Assembly (NCBI GenBank): GCA_016188355.1
Contig: JACPHY010000011.1
Location: 23,219 to 87,218, forward strand
Length of the DNA: 64,000 nt
Reading direction: 5' to 3'
Source of the DNA: Candidatus Uhrbacteria bacterium
GTDB lineage: Bacteria > Patescibacteriota > Patescibacteriia > JACPHY01
Shown: one piece after another, positions 18,447 to 28,961 of the stretch
How positions within the stretch are numbered: position 1 is the first letter of the stretch
Layout: each line of letters begins with the position of its first letter
The notes under the pieces: generated by a model
What the model saw: only the letters and a program-made list of their open reading frames with translations
Databases searched by the model: none
Told to the model about the DNA's origin: nothing
Translations under genes and position numbers: made by a program

Positions 18447-19082
18447 TTATGATGCGTGGGATTGTCGTATTGCGGCGGCGAAGGGAATGGCACCGTCGAG
18501 TTCCACGATACGGATGGCGCCCGGTGTTCGCGGTGGGTCGCATATCGTGCAGTACTCGGTGCACGTGACCATTCCTGGGAGGGTGATGCCCTGCGCGGGA
18601 TCATGTCGTTCGCGTGCGCCGCAGTTCGAGCAGTACGTGCGTGTTTGCTGTGGGGAGGCGCAGAACGTGCAGCATCCACGTCGTTCCGCAAGTCCGCCGC
18701 TCGGTCGTTGGCAGATGATGCAGTGTCCGGGCATTCGCGGCGCAATGTTATGACGCTGCGCGGCGGCGAGGTGTTCGAGTACGGGGATCGTCCGCCCACG
18801 CATGCAGCGCATGGCATACGCCACACCTGTTTTGCGATCGGTGGAGTTCGGAGTGCACTCGATGCATCCTTCAAGACGAACTGCGGTGCCCAGCTCTGGG
18901 GGACTGTGCATCAGCATCTCGGCGAGATAAAAAACTCCCTCTGCAGCGTTCAGGCGTTTTCGATGGCCACATCGCACGCAGAGGACTCGTACCTCGAGCG
19001 GATGCACGCACCACTCGCAGAGAAAATTCGCTGCACGGCCCGGCGGACCGAGCACATGACAGACGGAGCATTTGCCTTCCAA
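18447..19082 (-). CDS. cysteine-rich protein with 8 CxxC pairs (multi-zinc-ribbon)
   Basis: CSVC, CEWC, CVRC, CIEC, CIIC, CTFC, CSNC and CTIC are regularly spaced, which is non-random. The overlapping plus-strand ORF is rejected. Confidence 0.5.
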   Translation of the reverse strand: MEGKCSVCHVLGPPGRAANFLCEWCVHPLEVRVLCVRCGHRKRLNAAEGVFYLAEMLMHSPPELGTAVRLEGCIECTPNSTDRKTGVAYAMRCMRGRTIPVLEHLAAAQRHNIAPRMPGHCIICQRPSGGLAERRGCCTFCASPQQTRTYCSNCGARERHDPAQGITLPGMVTCTEYCTICDPPRTPGAIRIVELDGAIPFAAAIRQSHAS

Positions 19083-19140
19083 GACAGCTCACCTCCTTTG
19101 GGAAGGAATGTGTTTATGATGGAGCGATGCGGACGTGGTG

Positions 19141-19695
19141 TCAAGGACGTCGTGGGGGATGTTCGTGGCGTGCGCTGGGTTGCAAAAAGCGCATTGCTTC
19201 TTTCGCATACCGCGTTACCGCCTGGAGGTACGTATCTTCCTCGGGTGCCGGAAGTTCGCGAATGAGGATATTGGCTTTGCGTTGGTCGGCATCCTTGTGT
19301 TCTTTGAGGGTCAAATCCAGTGTGATGCGTCGAACGTTTTCTGTTTTCTGATCTTGGTATTCGATGAACGCATCAATGCCGTGGAATATGTCGAGCGGTG
19401 ATCCGACTGCAGTGTACGCACGCACACGATCTGCGTCCTGTTCACGGAGATGGAGTTGGTCGATGATTTCCAAACGGAGATCGCGGAGGAGATCCGCATC
19501 GGGATTCGTGGGATCCCAGGGTTGATGTGCTCGCACGAGACGCAGCGCTGCATCGAAGCGAACGAAGCCGTCGGGCGTGGCCACTTTTTGGAGCGCTTCC
19601 TGATATGCGCGGTCCTGTGTGATGCTCCCTACGAAGTCTCTTTCAAACTGTCGGCCGGTGTATGACCATGATGGCTCACCGAAACGTGGGGACAT
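19141..19695 (-). CDS. hypothetical protein
   Basis: 184-aa ORF with no recognised motif. Confidence 0.45.
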   Translation of the reverse strand: MSPRFGEPSWSYTGRQFERDFVGSITQDRAYQEALQKVATPDGFVRFDAALRLVRAHQPWDPTNPDADLLRDLRLEIIDQLHLREQDADRVRAYTAVGSPLDIFHGIDAFIEYQDQKTENVRRITLDLTLKEHKDADQRKANILIRELPAPEEDTYLQAVTRYAKEAMRFLQPSARHEHPPRRP

Positions 19696-19710
19696 ACAAA
19701 GATGGTGCGT

Positions 19711-21393
19711 TCACTCTGCCACCCGGAAGACTTCGCTTACGGTGGTGAGTCCGTCGAGCGCCTTGAGGATGCCGTCCTGCGCCATGGTCACCATGCCGGC
19801 TTTCTGAGCGATCGTTTGCATGTCGTATTCAGAGACTTTCCCCGAGAGGACGACCTCCTCGATGTCTTTGCTCATGGTGAGGATCTCGTAGATGCCGACG
19901 CGGCCTTTGTATCCCGTGCCGTGGCACGTATCGCATCCGTTGCCCTTCATGAAAGCGCGGGGTTTCGTGGCGACTTCGGTGCGTTCGTGTTCCGGAAGTG
20001 CGGCAATGATCTCCTCAACCCGGGCGAGGAGTTCGGGGGTGAGCACATCGGGCGCGGCGCAGTCGGCGTGTACGCGGCGAATGAGGCGCTGCCCGATAAT
20101 CGCGTTCAGTGCGGGTGCGAGGAGGAAGGGTTTCACTCCCATGGAGAGGAAGCGGGGGATCGCGCCCGCGGCGGAGTTCGTGTGGATCGTTGAGAGCATG
20201 AGATGGCCGGTGAGTGCTGCTTGAATGGCCACTTCTGCCGTCTCGAGATCGCGGATTTCTCCCACCATCACGACGTCGGGGTCCTGTCGGAGAATGGCGC
20301 GAAGCCCCTTTGCGAAGGTGTAATCCTTTGCGGCATCGATTTGGCTCTGATTGATGCCTTTCAATTTGTATTCCACGGGATCTTCCAGGGTAATGATCTT
20401 CGTTTCGGAGTCGTTGAGTTTATTGAGGACCGCATAGAGGGTGGTCGTTTTTCCGGACCCCGTGGGACCGGTCGTGATGATCATGCCGTTCGGGCGGCCC
20501 ACTTCGCGTTGGAGTGCTTCGTATGCGCGACCGCGGACGCCGAGTTGCTCAAATTCGAGACTTGCGGAGGACGACATGAGGAGACGCATGACGACGCTCT
20601 CGCCGTATGCAGTCGGCAACGTGGACACGCGGACGTCTATCCTATCTTTGGCGAGACTGATGGTGAATCGTCCGTCCTGGGGAACGTCGTCCACGTTGAT
20701 TTTGAGTCCGGAGAGGAGCTTCACGCGACTGATGAGTTGCCCCCAGCGTTCTTTTGGAATGGTGGCGACCTGCCGGAGGATGCCGTCAATACGGTACCGG
20801 AGGAGAATAGCGTCTTCCTCCGCCTCGACGTGGATATCGGATGATTTCGCCTGGACGGATCCCGCAATGATAAGGGTCACGAGATCAGTGACGGGCGCTT
20901 CGCGAAGGAGTCGATCAAGCGCCTTGAGATCACTGAGAGTTTGGGTGTATCGATCGAAATCGGTCGCACTGATGCGTACCCCGGTTTCTATTTTTTGTAC
21001 GTCGGGAAGCGCGTCGTAGAGTTTGAAGGCGTGGGCGAAGCTCTCTTCCGATATCGCGTATCGCTGCACGTTCGCATGAAAGCGTTCTCCCAGCTGATAT
21101 GCGAGTTCGATGATTTCCTTCTGTTCCGGGTGGAGTGCGGCGATGCGGATTTCTGTTTGCGTGTTGAGAAAGCAAATGACATGCAGTTCAGTCGCCTGTG
21201 CTTTGGAAATGGTCGCGAGCGTTTCGGGCCCGATGGGAAACGCTTTCAAATTGATGTGGCCCACTCCCAAGGATCTTGCATGCGCCGCCACTTCGCGTTC
21301 CCGTGCCGAGAGCTCGAGTTCCCGCATCTTTTCGGCGAATTTTTCCGCCACGTTCTCCGATGAGAGTTGTACCTTCGGGTGATCGGAAGACAT
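19711..21393 (-). CDS. type II secretion / type IV pilus assembly ATPase (GspE/PilB family)
   Basis: Walker A GPTGSGKTTTLYAVL, Asp/His boxes, C-terminal tetracysteine CDTCHGTGYKGR, and an N-terminal GSPII_E N-domain. Confidence 0.9.
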   Translation of the reverse strand: MSSDHPKVQLSSENVAEKFAEKMRELELSAREREVAAHARSLGVGHINLKAFPIGPETLATISKAQATELHVICFLNTQTEIRIAALHPEQKEIIELAYQLGERFHANVQRYAISEESFAHAFKLYDALPDVQKIETGVRISATDFDRYTQTLSDLKALDRLLREAPVTDLVTLIIAGSVQAKSSDIHVEAEEDAILLRYRIDGILRQVATIPKERWGQLISRVKLLSGLKINVDDVPQDGRFTISLAKDRIDVRVSTLPTAYGESVVMRLLMSSSASLEFEQLGVRGRAYEALQREVGRPNGMIITTGPTGSGKTTTLYAVLNKLNDSETKIITLEDPVEYKLKGINQSQIDAAKDYTFAKGLRAILRQDPDVVMVGEIRDLETAEVAIQAALTGHLMLSTIHTNSAAGAIPRFLSMGVKPFLLAPALNAIIGQRLIRRVHADCAAPDVLTPELLARVEEIIAALPEHERTEVATKPRAFMKGNGCDTCHGTGYKGRVGIYEILTMSKDIEEVVLSGKVSEYDMQTIAQKAGMVTMAQDGILKALDGLTTVSEVFRVAE

Positions 21394-21444
21394 ACCTCGG
21401 GAGACGGAAGCACTTAAGGAGGCACGGAAGAACGGAGACGTGCC

Positions 21445-22422
21445 TCAGTTTTTGCGTGCGTATCTGAGGAGCCACGGCTCTGGCTCTGCTCCGGGGCTGG
21501 TGAGGCGGAGGTAGAGGAGGGTCCAGGCGGCAACCAGGAAGATGCCCGCAAGGACGGCGATGCTCGCAAGGAATCCGATGAGCGTGAGCATGCCGAGGGG
21601 AATTGCGATACGCGGGATGAGCGCGATGCGGAGCATGCTGCCGATGCCCACGAGGAATGCGAAGGGCAGCATGAGGAGCGCGGACCCCACCAACCACAGG
21701 AGGAATGCGGCCACATGGGCGGCGGTGAAGAGGAGGGAGTGCTCGAGCACGACGCGGAGATAGCGCGTACATAGCGCGGCGCCATCGCGGAGCGCGGCAA
21801 ACGGAGTACGGCCATCAAGGACGATGCTCGTCAGAGCAAATGCGGTCACGATCTCGATGATGGTCAGTACGGCGGTGGCTGCCAGAAAACCGGCCACTGC
21901 CCATGGTGCTGCAATGGGTGCCGTAGGCTGCGCGACAGCAATGAAGAGTTGCAGCCACCCGGCAAGCACGGCAATGGTGATGCCTTTCGTGATGCAGTGC
22001 AGGATGGTGGTGGGTACGAGGGCGCGCATGGCATCGCGGTGGAGTGTGATGTCCACTGCCGCGCGTCGTGATCGGCGTTCGGTGGCGAGGATGAGCACGT
22101 TCACGCCATGCACCGCCAGAAGCATGACGGCAATGAGTATGGTGCTCAGGAGCGCCGCATATGCAATGAGCGCTGCGGTTGCACCGGTGCCCGTGGCACG
22201 TGCTTGTGCCCAGAGCATGGCGAGCGTACCGAGATACTCGCGGGGAGTAGTGATTGCGCGCGCGACGGAGCTGGTGGGATCAGCGCCGAGCACTTGAAAG
22301 GTCGCGGTACCCACGCCACTCCCGATGAGGAGGCCTCCGAGGAGGGCGACATACCAGAATCGGCGCAGGTGGGTGGTGAGCGACCACGCGGTGGTGAGAA
22401 GGGATCGGTAGGCGACGGACAC
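21445..22422 (-). CDS. hypothetical polytopic membrane protein
   Basis: 6-8 predicted TM helices and no recognised family. Lies downstream of ftsH. Confidence 0.5.
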   Translation of the reverse strand: MSVAYRSLLTTAWSLTTHLRRFWYVALLGGLLIGSGVGTATFQVLGADPTSSVARAITTPREYLGTLAMLWAQARATGTGATAALIAYAALLSTILIAVMLLAVHGVNVLILATERRSRRAAVDITLHRDAMRALVPTTILHCITKGITIAVLAGWLQLFIAVAQPTAPIAAPWAVAGFLAATAVLTIIEIVTAFALTSIVLDGRTPFAALRDGAALCTRYLRVVLEHSLLFTAAHVAAFLLWLVGSALLMLPFAFLVGIGSMLRIALIPRIAIPLGMLTLIGFLASIAVLAGIFLVAAWTLLYLRLTSPGAEPEPWLLRYARKN

Positions 22423-22437
22423 ACGAGATGGGGATGA

Positions 22438-24360
22438 TCACGATGCGCTCGGAGGTTCTGCGGTAGGCGCAGGTGCCTCGGTGGCGGGCGTCGCCTCTCG
22501 CTCGGGGGTGTTACTTCCTGGAGCTGCCCGCCAGTGATGCGGGTGTTCCGTGAAGAGTGCCTCGAAGGCGTCCTGTTCAATGGTTTCCTGAGCGAGGAGT
22601 TCTTGGGCAATGCGATCGAGCTGTGTGCGCCGTGCGCGAACTACCTGCGTTGCCCGCTCCATGGCCTCTCGAATGATGCGGTCGAGCTCCATGTCGATTG
22701 CCTCCGCAATTTTTTCCGAGTAATCCCGTTGCTCGGTTATTTCCCGCCCCAGGAAAATCATCTCCTCCCGCTCCCCGAATGTCCGCGGACCGAGCACATC
22801 GCTCATCCCGTACTCCGTGATGAGGCGGCGCGCAATACGGGTCGCATTGCGGAGGTCATTTGAAGCGCCAGTGGTGAGTTCATCTGCTCCGAATACTTCT
22901 CGTTCCGCCACGTATCCGCCGAGCGCCATGGCAAGCTCATCAAAGAATTCAGCGCGGGTGCGGAAGTGTTTGTCCTCGAGTGGGAGCTTTAGGGTGTATC
23001 CTGCGGCGGGTCCGCGCGAAATGATGGACACCTTGCGCACCGGATCGGTATGCGGGAGTTCGTGTGCGACGAGGGCGTGCCCCCCTTCGTGGTAGGCGGT
23101 GATTTTGCGTTCCCGATCGGAGAAAATACGACTGCGACGTTCCGGACCGAGGAGCACTTTCTCGATCGACTCGAGGAACTCGGTCATGCTAATGCGCTTT
23201 TTGTCGCGCCGTGCCGCGAGGAGCGCGGCCTCGTTCACGAGGTTCGCGAGATCCGCGCCGGAGAATCCGGGCGTCCGTTCCGCGATACGGCGGATGCCGA
23301 CGCCGGTGGCCACCGGTTTTCCTTCGAGGTGCACGTGCAGAATTTCTTCGCGGTCGCGAATATCCGGAAGATCGAGCATGACTCGGCGGTCAAAACGGCC
23401 TGGGCGGAGTAGTGCAGGATCAAGCACGTCGGGGCGGTTCGTTGCGCCGAGCACCACGATGCCAATGTTTGCATCGAATCCGTCCATTTCGACGAGGATT
23501 TGGTTCAGCGTTTGCTCGCGTTCATCGTGGCCACCGCCGAGTCCTGCGCCGCGTTGCCGTCCGACCGCATCCAACTCATCCACAAAGACGATGCACGGCG
23601 CGATTTTTTTTGCGCGCTGGAAGAGCGAGCGCACGCGGCTGGCGCCGACGCCCACAAACATCTCCACGAACTCTGATGCGGACATGTGGAGGAAGGGAAC
23701 ATTCGCCTCGCCCGCCACTGCGCGCGCGAGCAGCGTTTTGCCGGTTCCGGGCGGTCCCATGAGGAGCACGCCTTTCGGAATTTTCGCGCCGAGTGCGGTA
23801 AACTTCTTTGGATGCTTCAAAAATTCCACCACCTCCTCCAGTTCCGCTTTTGCTTCCTTTGCGCCCGCGACATCGGAGAATTTCGTGCGCTTGCCATCTT
23901 TTGCTGCCTCACGCACGCGCGCCTGTCCGAACATGAGCGCCCGTGAGTTCGCGCCCTGCACTTGGCGCATCATGTACATGATGAAGCCGCCAATGAGGAG
24001 GAAGGGGAGGAGGAAGGGGAGGAGCGAGGAAATCCAGTACCCAATACCGCCCTCCTCTTTCACTTCCAGGGGAATGCGCTCGTACGTTTTTGGTTCCAAG
24101 CCGTAGCTGCGAAAGAGTTCCGGGACGGCAACGCCCGGTTCCTTGCGGACGAGCGCGATGGATCCGCTTTCGAGGGTGACGTGCAGGGTGGAGCCGTCCA
24201 CGACGATCGATTTCACTTTTCCGTCCCGGACATGACCGATGAGCGCATCAATACCGATGCGCTCCGGTTTCGTAAGCGGAACGTTGTACAGGCTGAAGAT
24301 CGTGAGAATGGCAAAAAAGGCGACGAGGATGGCGATGGTATGTTTCGGGGGAGTGCGCAT
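22438..24360 (-). CDS. ftsH: ATP-dependent zinc metalloprotease FtsH
   Basis: AAA module [22 protein letters not shown]...[13 protein letters not shown], zinc site HEGGHALV, and N-terminal TM helices. Confidence 0.95.
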   Translation of the reverse strand: MRTPPKHTIAILVAFFAILTIFSLYNVPLTKPERIGIDALIGHVRDGKVKSIVVDGSTLHVTLESGSIALVRKEPGVAVPELFRSYGLEPKTYERIPLEVKEEGGIGYWISSLLPFLLPFLLIGGFIMYMMRQVQGANSRALMFGQARVREAAKDGKRTKFSDVAGAKEAKAELEEVVEFLKHPKKFTALGAKIPKGVLLMGPPGTGKTLLARAVAGEANVPFLHMSASEFVEMFVGVGASRVRSLFQRAKKIAPCIVFVDELDAVGRQRGAGLGGGHDEREQTLNQILVEMDGFDANIGIVVLGATNRPDVLDPALLRPGRFDRRVMLDLPDIRDREEILHVHLEGKPVATGVGIRRIAERTPGFSGADLANLVNEAALLAARRDKKRISMTEFLESIEKVLLGPERRSRIFSDRERKITAYHEGGHALVAHELPHTDPVRKVSIISRGPAAGYTLKLPLEDKHFRTRAEFFDELAMALGGYVAEREVFGADELTTGASNDLRNATRIARRLITEYGMSDVLGPRTFGEREEMIFLGREITEQRDYSEKIAEAIDMELDRIIREAMERATQVVRARRTQLDRIAQELLAQETIEQDAFEALFTEHPHHWRAAPGSNTPEREATPATEAPAPTAEPPSAS

Positions 24361-24465
24361 ACGAAAAACAATCGATTCACCTTCTCCCAGAGTACCGTGG
24401 AGTGACCGTCAACGCCAGCTCGCCCTGCCATGCGGCGGGGCGAGCGGGGAGCGTCCGTGTCACGC

Positions 24466-25650
24466 TTATGACGGAGTCGTTGGCCGCTTCTTGCTGAGTC
24501 CGAGGCGGTGCTCCTTGGGATCAATAGAGATCACGGTGAATTCCATTTCTTCTCCCACGTGGGCAATTTCTTCAGGATTGGTGGGTGGCGGATCGCCAAG
24601 TTCCGAGATGTGCGCCAAGCCGTGGATGTCCGGATCGAGTTCCACGAAGAGTCCGAATGGTTGCACCTTCACCACGCGACCTCGGACCTGCTGGCCCACC
24701 GTGTATCGCTCGCTCACCTTTGCCCATGGATCATCGTGCAGGCGCTTCAGCGAAAGGAAGATTTTGGATCCTTCGATGTTGAGGATTTGCGCGCGTACGC
24801 GATCGCCCATCTTGACGACGTCCCGTGGTTGGTCGACACGTTGCCAGGAGAGCTCGGAGATATGGACGAGACCCTCCAGGTGACTCTCGTCGACCGCTGC
24901 TTCCGCGCCTTCCGGGGGAGCAGGGAACCGTACGAATGCGCCGAAGTCCGCAATAGCGGTGATGATGCCGTCCACCGCATCTCCCGGGTGATACTGCGCG
25001 AGGACCTGTGCCTGCGTTTCTTCCCATGCCGCCTTCTCGGAAACGATCAGTTTTTCTTCGCGAGGATCCACGTCGATGATTTTTGCATCGAGGGTCTTCC
25101 CGACGAACGATTTGAGCTTCTCCAGGATGCGCTGCTTATCGCCACCTGCCACGCGCGGGTAATTACCGGGCGAGAGCTGGGAAACCGGGAGGAACCCCTG
25201 CACGTTGCCGAACTGCACGAGGAGTCCGCCCTTGTTCGCTTCGAGCACGCGGACGGGCGTCACCGTACCGTTGCGGCGCAGCTCCTCGAGCGAACCCCAT
25301 GCCTTCTGGTGTCCTGCCGCGCGGAAGGAGAGCTCGAGCATGCCGCGCTCGTTTTCGAGGTCGAGCACGGTCGCATCGACGGGGTCGCCCACGTTCAGGT
25401 TGGAGGTCATGCCGGACGCATCCAACAGTTCCGGCCCTCGGACAATGCCGGTACGGAATCCTGGGAGATCTACTTTGACTTCATTGCGTCCAATGCCCAC
25501 GACCATGCCGTGGACAATATCACCGACCTTCGGGATTTTTTGGTGCCCCTTTTCGGTGAGGAGGGTTTCCAATTCGGACGGCGATCCGTCCGCCGCTGCT
25601 GGTTGCGCTGCTGCAGTATCCATATCCGATACGCTGCATAGCCGCTCCAT
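24466..25650 (-). CDS. rpsA: 30S ribosomal protein S1 (4 S1 domains)
   Basis: Repeated S1 domain pattern (GDIVHGMVVGI..., GKTLDAKIIDVD..., GDAVDGIITAIADFGAFVRF..., GQQVRGRVVKVQPFGLFVEL). Confidence 0.85.
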   Translation of the reverse strand: MERLCSVSDMDTAAAQPAAADGSPSELETLLTEKGHQKIPKVGDIVHGMVVGIGRNEVKVDLPGFRTGIVRGPELLDASGMTSNLNVGDPVDATVLDLENERGMLELSFRAAGHQKAWGSLEELRRNGTVTPVRVLEANKGGLLVQFGNVQGFLPVSQLSPGNYPRVAGGDKQRILEKLKSFVGKTLDAKIIDVDPREEKLIVSEKAAWEETQAQVLAQYHPGDAVDGIITAIADFGAFVRFPAPPEGAEAAVDESHLEGLVHISELSWQRVDQPRDVVKMGDRVRAQILNIEGSKIFLSLKRLHDDPWAKVSERYTVGQQVRGRVVKVQPFGLFVELDPDIHGLAHISELGDPPPTNPEEIAHVGEEMEFTVISIDPKEHRLGLSKKRPTTPS

Positions 25651-25832
25651 CGATCGTATTGATGGAGAAGCCCCCGCGGGGATGACCCCGTCGAGAAGAA
25701 TGAGGATGTCGGTAGCGTAGGCGATTGCGAGTGCACTGGCAAGGGAGGGGCCAATGGATGCGATTCGTCATAACAAAGAACACCCCCAGCACGGAGCTGG
25801 GGGTGCTGAGGGAGGGGGTGTGGAGTGAATGC

Positions 25833-26711
25833 CTAATTCGCGGTAGCGCTGGGTTTTTGTGGTGCCTTCCGTTCGAGTTCCTGGACGCGCTTTTCGAGGA
25901 ACGTGCTGCGCGCGTGTTCCTGCTGGTACCGTTCCTCGTGCCGCGATCGCCGATCGGCGATGTCCCGGAAGAAGGTCTCCCAGTTGTCCGGGAATCTCGG
26001 TGCGCGGTCGGGATGTTTGGAGTGGTCGGGGAAGCTGCGCAAACGGATTTGCTGATCACGCTCGATATGGTCATCGAATTCGCGGAGCAGGGATTCGGCG
26101 GACAGGGGCAGGGAGTGTCCATGGCAATCCGTGAGGAGAAGGTCCTCGATGCGGTAGTGTCGCTGGAGATTGCGCGCGATCGTCCAGTCAGGGACGGGGA
26201 CGCCCTGGTAGGTGAGGAGCGATGCGGTATGGCGACCACCGAGCGCGATGGTGATCGCGCAGCGGCCGGGGGTCACGTGCTGGAGTGCTTTTCCACGGAA
26301 CCGGGGGGGATGCACGATGCCGTGGTATTCGACGGATTCGTACTGCGTGACGGTGTCCTTTCTGGGGACGCCCCATGCGGTGACCTCGTAGCCGATGTGG
26401 TTGTGACGGTAGACCGCGGCAAGGTATGCGAGTGGTCCGCGGTGCGATTCCTTCTCGGCGCATTGGGCGATCCGGAAGAGCGCGATCATGCCGAGCACGA
26501 TGCCGATGCCGATCGTCATCCAGAACGGGAGGTGCGTGATGATCGGTTCCTCCGCGAGCCAGGCAACGGGCATGGCCACCGCAATGACGAGCGCGGTGAG
26601 CGATCCGCAAACGACCTTGATTCTGCCGTACGGAATGGGGCAATAGTTGGAGACGAACTGCGGGATGGGTTGCGTGGTGCCGTTCGCATCGTACGCGGTG
26701 TTGATCTGCAT
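25833..26711 (-). CDS. hypothetical membrane-anchored protein
   Basis: Two N-terminal TM helices followed by a soluble domain; no family recognised. Confidence 0.45.
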   Translation of the reverse strand: MQINTAYDANGTTQPIPQFVSNYCPIPYGRIKVVCGSLTALVIAVAMPVAWLAEEPIITHLPFWMTIGIGIVLGMIALFRIAQCAEKESHRGPLAYLAAVYRHNHIGYEVTAWGVPRKDTVTQYESVEYHGIVHPPRFRGKALQHVTPGRCAITIALGGRHTASLLTYQGVPVPDWTIARNLQRHYRIEDLLLTDCHGHSLPLSAESLLREFDDHIERDQQIRLRSFPDHSKHPDRAPRFPDNWETFFRDIADRRSRHEERYQQEHARSTFLEKRVQELERKAPQKPSATAN

Positions 26712-26858
26712 GGCCGCTCCTCTTCTTTCGGGTGCGTTGTGAAGGATGCTGCGGGCACCATAACGCCGGATGGGGGAGGAGGTCAATGGCTTGACGCGGG
26801 GACGGATTTATAATATGGTTTCGTCGGATTCCGGTTTTGTTCCTTGTGAAAGGAGGCT

Positions 26859-27719
26859 GTGGTCATGCGTGCATTGCCGAAGAAGTATGACGATGCGGTG
26901 AACGCGGTGAGCCGTGTTGCTGAGTGGTTGCAGCAAGAGCGGGTGCGGCGCATTGATACGGTAGTGGGTCAGATGTCGCTCCCGGGAGAATGGCTGCATT
27001 GGCTCCTCGTGATCGTGACGATCGGTAGTGCCCTGGTGGGGTTGTTGGGCATGTTGGTGGGTATTCCGGTAGATCACCGGGAAGCATTCACCTGGTTCCC
27101 GGCGACGGTGGTGGCGCCCAAGGTGTTCGGCGTTTCGTTTCTCGCGTTGATATTGGTGTACGGCATGCGATTTTCGGAAGTAGCGAGACGGCGATCCGAA
27201 AAGCGTCGCGAGTGCGAGCGGGAAGTGGCGAATGATCCGCTTGCCCGTCGCGCGCAGCTCATCGTGGATGCGGTGCACGAATACGCACGGCATGTGGCGC
27301 AGTACCGCTCGTGGCGTCAGGCGCTGGATGATGAGTTGGTGACGGCGGATGCGCCTGCAGAGGACGCGTACTTCACCTTCATCGATCATGCGCGTGGGCT
27401 ATTGGATCGTGCGATGGTGAATTTCTGGAACGTGCATGAGCGCGTGCAGCGTGCGGAAGCGCTGCGGAAGCAACACGTCACCGGAGAGGCGAGTGGCACG
27501 GGCCTTGCTGCGTTGCTCGAAGAGCTGCGTGTGGACATTGCGTCACCGGCGCTCCCAGGAGGTATCACCAATCCTGCGAGCGCACTCGAGGATGAACGAG
27601 TGCTCGCCAAAGTCGCCGAAGAACTGCGGACGATCGAGTCCGGATTGGCGTTCAACCCGGAGCGCGCGAATCCATCGGCGGTTCCGGCGCAGGACGCGAC
27701 CGCATCGACTCGGTCATAG
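26859..27719 (+). CDS. hypothetical membrane protein
   Basis: Two TM helices (WLLVIVTIGSALVGLLGMLVGI, VFGVSFLALILVYGM) followed by a helical cytoplasmic domain. Confidence 0.45.
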   Translation: MVMRALPKKYDDAVNAVSRVAEWLQQERVRRIDTVVGQMSLPGEWLHWLLVIVTIGSALVGLLGMLVGIPVDHREAFTWFPATVVAPKVFGVSFLALILVYGMRFSEVARRRSEKRRECEREVANDPLARRAQLIVDAVHEYARHVAQYRSWRQALDDELVTADAPAEDAYFTFIDHARGLLDRAMVNFWNVHERVQRAEALRKQHVTGEASGTGLAALLEELRVDIASPALPGGITNPASALEDERVLAKVAEELRTIESGLAFNPERANPSAVPAQDATASTRS

Positions 27720-27726
27720 AACGTGC

Positions 27727-27757
27727 GAACACCCTCGGCAGTGCCGAGGGTGTTTCC
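27727..27757 (+). terminator. terminator hairpin
   Basis: acaccctcggcagtgccgagggtgtt perfect stem followed by tcctatt. Confidence 0.6.
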
Positions 27758-27956
27758 TATTGGTGGTGCTCGTCGTTACGTATGTGCGGCGTCGCGGTGG
27801 GACCGCCCGTGGCGTCGGTGTGCTTGCAGCGAAGGAAACCGCCGCAAGCGGCTGGCCGAATCATCGCTCCTTTCCGCAGAGTTGTTAATGGTTCCCCGAA
27901 TCGGTACCATATGAGTATTCGCGGGGCATCGCCCCGCGGCTTGTAATGGTTATCGC

Positions 27957-28003
27957 TCGAACATCACGTCCCTGGAACGAAAGCGATTTTCGCAGAGGTC
28001 TCT
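27957..28003 (+). repeat. partial copy of the MITE-like element (right arm), directly upstream of the MBL hydrolase ATG
   Basis: CGCTCGAACATCACGTCCCTGGAACGAAAGCGATTTTCGCAGAGGTCTC is about 90% identical to 36137..36181. Confidence 0.6.
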
Positions 28004-28615
28004 ATGCTCATCGCATATCACGGAGATGCGTGTATTCGGTTGACCGGGAAGCACGATGCGGGGGAATTTGCGGTGCTCCTCGATCCGTATGACGTGAAGG
28101 TGACTGGATTGAAACCGATTCGTCCCTCCGCGGTGCATCTCGTGTGCGCAACGGCGGGTACACTGCCCGAATTCGGGGAGGGTCCGTTTGTGGTGCGCGG
28201 GCCGGGGGAATATGAGGTACATGGGGTATCGGTGACCGGATTCCCGGCTGGCGCGACCACGATCTATCGGATCGCAGCGGAAGGACTTTCGATTGGCCAT
28301 CTCGGCAACTGCGCGGTGCCATTGGACGCCGCGATGATTGAGCGGCTCGGGGAAGTGGATGTGCTCACGGTTCCGGTGGGCGGGAACGGCGTCCTGAATG
28401 CGAAGCAGGCATCGGCAGTGATCGAGCAGGTGGAGCCGCGGCTCGTCATTCCGATCCAATATCGCGCTCCCGGGCTGTCATTGCCGTACGAGAGTATTGA
28501 CGCGTTTTGCAAGGAGATGGGGTGCTCGGCAAAATCTCCAGAGGAAAAGCTCCGCGTGGTGAAGAAAGAGCTCCCGACGGACGAGATGTGGGTTCGGGTG
28601 CTCGCGGTTGATTGA
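28004..28615 (+). CDS. MBL-fold metallo-hydrolase (UPF0173-like)
   Basis: About 200 aa. The pattern MLIAYHGDACIRL...DVLTVPVGGN is typical of the short MBL-fold hydrolase family. Confidence 0.6.
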   Translation: MLIAYHGDACIRLTGKHDAGEFAVLLDPYDVKVTGLKPIRPSAVHLVCATAGTLPEFGEGPFVVRGPGEYEVHGVSVTGFPAGATTIYRIAAEGLSIGHLGNCAVPLDAAMIERLGEVDVLTVPVGGNGVLNAKQASAVIEQVEPRLVIPIQYRAPGLSLPYESIDAFCKEMGCSAKSPEEKLRVVKKELPTDEMWVRVLAVD

Positions 28616-28946
28616 TTCGTGCATGCATCCCCGACGTCAGCTCATCGTGCTCGTGGTGGCAGCGGCGGCGCTCATCGGGATCGCATGGGCGGTGCTCTTT
28701 CGTCGGCATGTGCTTGCGCCGCAGGTGGAATGGGGCAGGAGTCGTGGGTTCACCGAAGAGATTTCCCATCGATTCACCTCGGCGGTGCGAAGTTTCACGG
28801 ACGCGGCGCAGCGAGTGCGGGCACCGACGCCCACCACGACTGCCGGGAGCGATGGCGTGATCACTCCGGAGCCGAGCGCGCCGCTCACGAATGCGGTCCC
28901 CGCAGCGACACCTTCGGATGCTGTGCAAGGAACAACGATTCCGTAA
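28608..28946 (+). CDS. small membrane protein, hypothetical
   Basis: N-terminal TM helix LIVLVVAAAALIGIAWAVLF followed by a Pro/Thr-rich tail. Confidence 0.4.
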   Translation: MIDSCMHPRRQLIVLVVAAAALIGIAWAVLFRRHVLAPQVEWGRSRGFTEEISHRFTSAVRSFTDAAQRVRAPTPTTTAGSDGVITPEPSAPLTNAVPAATPSDAVQGTTIP

Positions 28947-28961
28947 TTTGTATCGATTCGC